A stretch of 37,169 bases of DNA, from assembly GCA_036626005.1 (NCBI GenBank), contig JAZKSP010000003.1, positions 1-37,169 of the forward strand. Reading direction: 5' to 3'. Made by a program: the position numbers and the translations under genes. Below, piece by piece: positions 36,358-37,169 of this stretch. The first letter of the stretch is position 1. Every line of letters begins with the position of its first letter. The stretch is from Thermoplasmatota archaeon. GTDB lineage: Archaea; Thermoplasmatota; Thermoplasmata; Halarchaeoplasmatales; Halarchaeoplasmataceae. Under the pieces are notes generated by a model that did no database searches, was not told the DNA's origin, and saw only the letters and a list, made by a program, of their open reading frames with translations.

Positions 36358-37169
36358 ATGGTAACTTCACTTACGCCGATAAATATCGGTTCTTTCCTAT
36401 TGACTCTCCTTATAGGCTTAGTAGTCGGTTTAGAAAGAACAAGCAGATCTGTTAAAGAAGAGGAGACCAAAGGAGCCGGTATCCGAACTTTTGCTTTAGT
36501 CTCAGTAGTTGGTTTCTTGATGACCTTTGTCTTTAAGAATGAAAGCGCATTATTGATTATCAATGTTCTAATATTTTCTATTCTTTTCATCTCCCTTCCG
36601 ATTTTACGTAGACCAAAAGGTTCAGCTGGACTGACAACTTCAAGTGCATTGATGTTAATTTTTCTAGTGGGGATGCTTTTTGGACTCGGTCGACCTATAT
36701 TGGGAGGAATAAGCGGATTATTTTTGTTAGGCCTAACTTCTTCAAAAAGAATACTGCATAGCTTTGCTGAAGTCTTATCAAGAAAGGATCTATGGAGCGC
36801 CGTGCGTTTTTTAATAGTCGCTATGATTTTGGTCCCGATCACCTATAGTCTTGGCCCGATACATCCTCTTGTCGGCCCGGGTAGAATATTTGACCCACTT
36901 CAGGCTCTCATCATGGTTTTGTTTGTTTCCAGTATATCTTTTCTGAGCTACGTGGTGATGAAAGTATATGGTGCTAGACGGGGTTTACAAATTTCGGCAT
37001 TTATCGGAGGATTAGTTAGTTCTGCTGCGGCAACAGCCTCGGTATCAGAGAAATCCAAAAAAATTACGAAGGGTTTGAACAATTCTGTTATTAGCATCCT
37101 AATCTCTAATACATCGATGTTTATAAAAGATTATATCATAATATTCATAGTAGCCGGATATGTTTTAGC
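36358..37169 (+). CDS. MgtC/SapB-family, DUF4010-domain membrane protein (3' truncated by the window edge)
   Basis: Manually translated: LLIGLVVGLER, AGIRTFAL, GLTT, ISFLSY, GGLVSSAAAT; open to the window end. Confidence 0.9.
   Translation, partial: MVTSLTPINIGSFLLTLLIGLVVGLERTSRSVKEEETKGAGIRTFALVSVVGFLMTFVFKNESALLIINVLIFSILFISLPILRRPKGSAGLTTSSALMLIFLVGMLFGLGRPILGGISGLFLLGLTSSKRILHSFAEVLSRKDLWSAVRFLIVAMILVPITYSLGPIHPLVGPGRIFDPLQALIMVLFVSSISFLSYVVMKVYGARRGLQISAFIGGLVSSAAATASVSEKSKKITKGLNNSVISILISNTSMFIKDYIIIFIVAGYVL

Noticed and set aside
1147-36842. Numerous antisense or alternate-frame ORFs in the track (e.g. 1147-1638, 4383-4919, 11366-11962, 13019-13243, 33222-33941, 34022-34627, 35697-36317, 36327-36842)
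   Set aside because: They overlap confidently assigned genes and mostly show the Ser/Phe/Ile-rich composition expected from the reverse strand of acidic proteins; no family motifs
1-37169. tRNA, rRNA or transposase genes
   Set aside because: No cloverleaf or T-loop consensus in intergenic DNA and no ORF with transposase or integrase motifs seen by eye; tRNAscan-SE and Infernal would be needed to exclude them formally

Overview
AT-rich archaeal chromosomal segment. Archaeal markers: rpl1-rplP0-rpl12 (P1-type) operon, Sec61beta, CDC48/VAT, Lhr plus metallophosphoesterase, DPSL, BRE/TATA promoters and a PGF-CTERM-like surface protein. The proteins are strongly Glu/Asp-rich, which suggests a salt-adapted, probably anaerobic and peptide-fermenting archaeon outside Halobacteria; a halophilic Thermoplasmatota lineage is my best guess (inference only). 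There are about 35 CDS, mostly housekeeping or catabolic: a LarA-family racemase, acyl-CoA synthetase/thiolase/Hbd/crotonase, tungsten-type AOR with a MOT1-family transporter, AKR and a UbiB kinase. I found no rRNA, tRNA, CRISPR array, transposase or defence system, and I cannot claim a clearly new multi-gene system. Best leads: (1) an L1-binding autoregulatory leader that sequesters the rpl1 SD; (2) a recurring AAAC(Y)nTTTC motif just after many stop codons; (3) a ~50-nt G-U-containing hairpin abutting a promoter; (4) MOT1-AOR linkage; (5) a P0 lacking the C-terminal GLGxLF motif; (6) an uncharacterised membrane-protein cluster with a Cys-rich domain; (7) an Sm-like/DUF5828 pair. Two genes missing from the ORF track were recovered (Sec61beta; a truncated MgtC/DUF4010 protein). 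All family assignments are from motif recognition by eye, not database searches.
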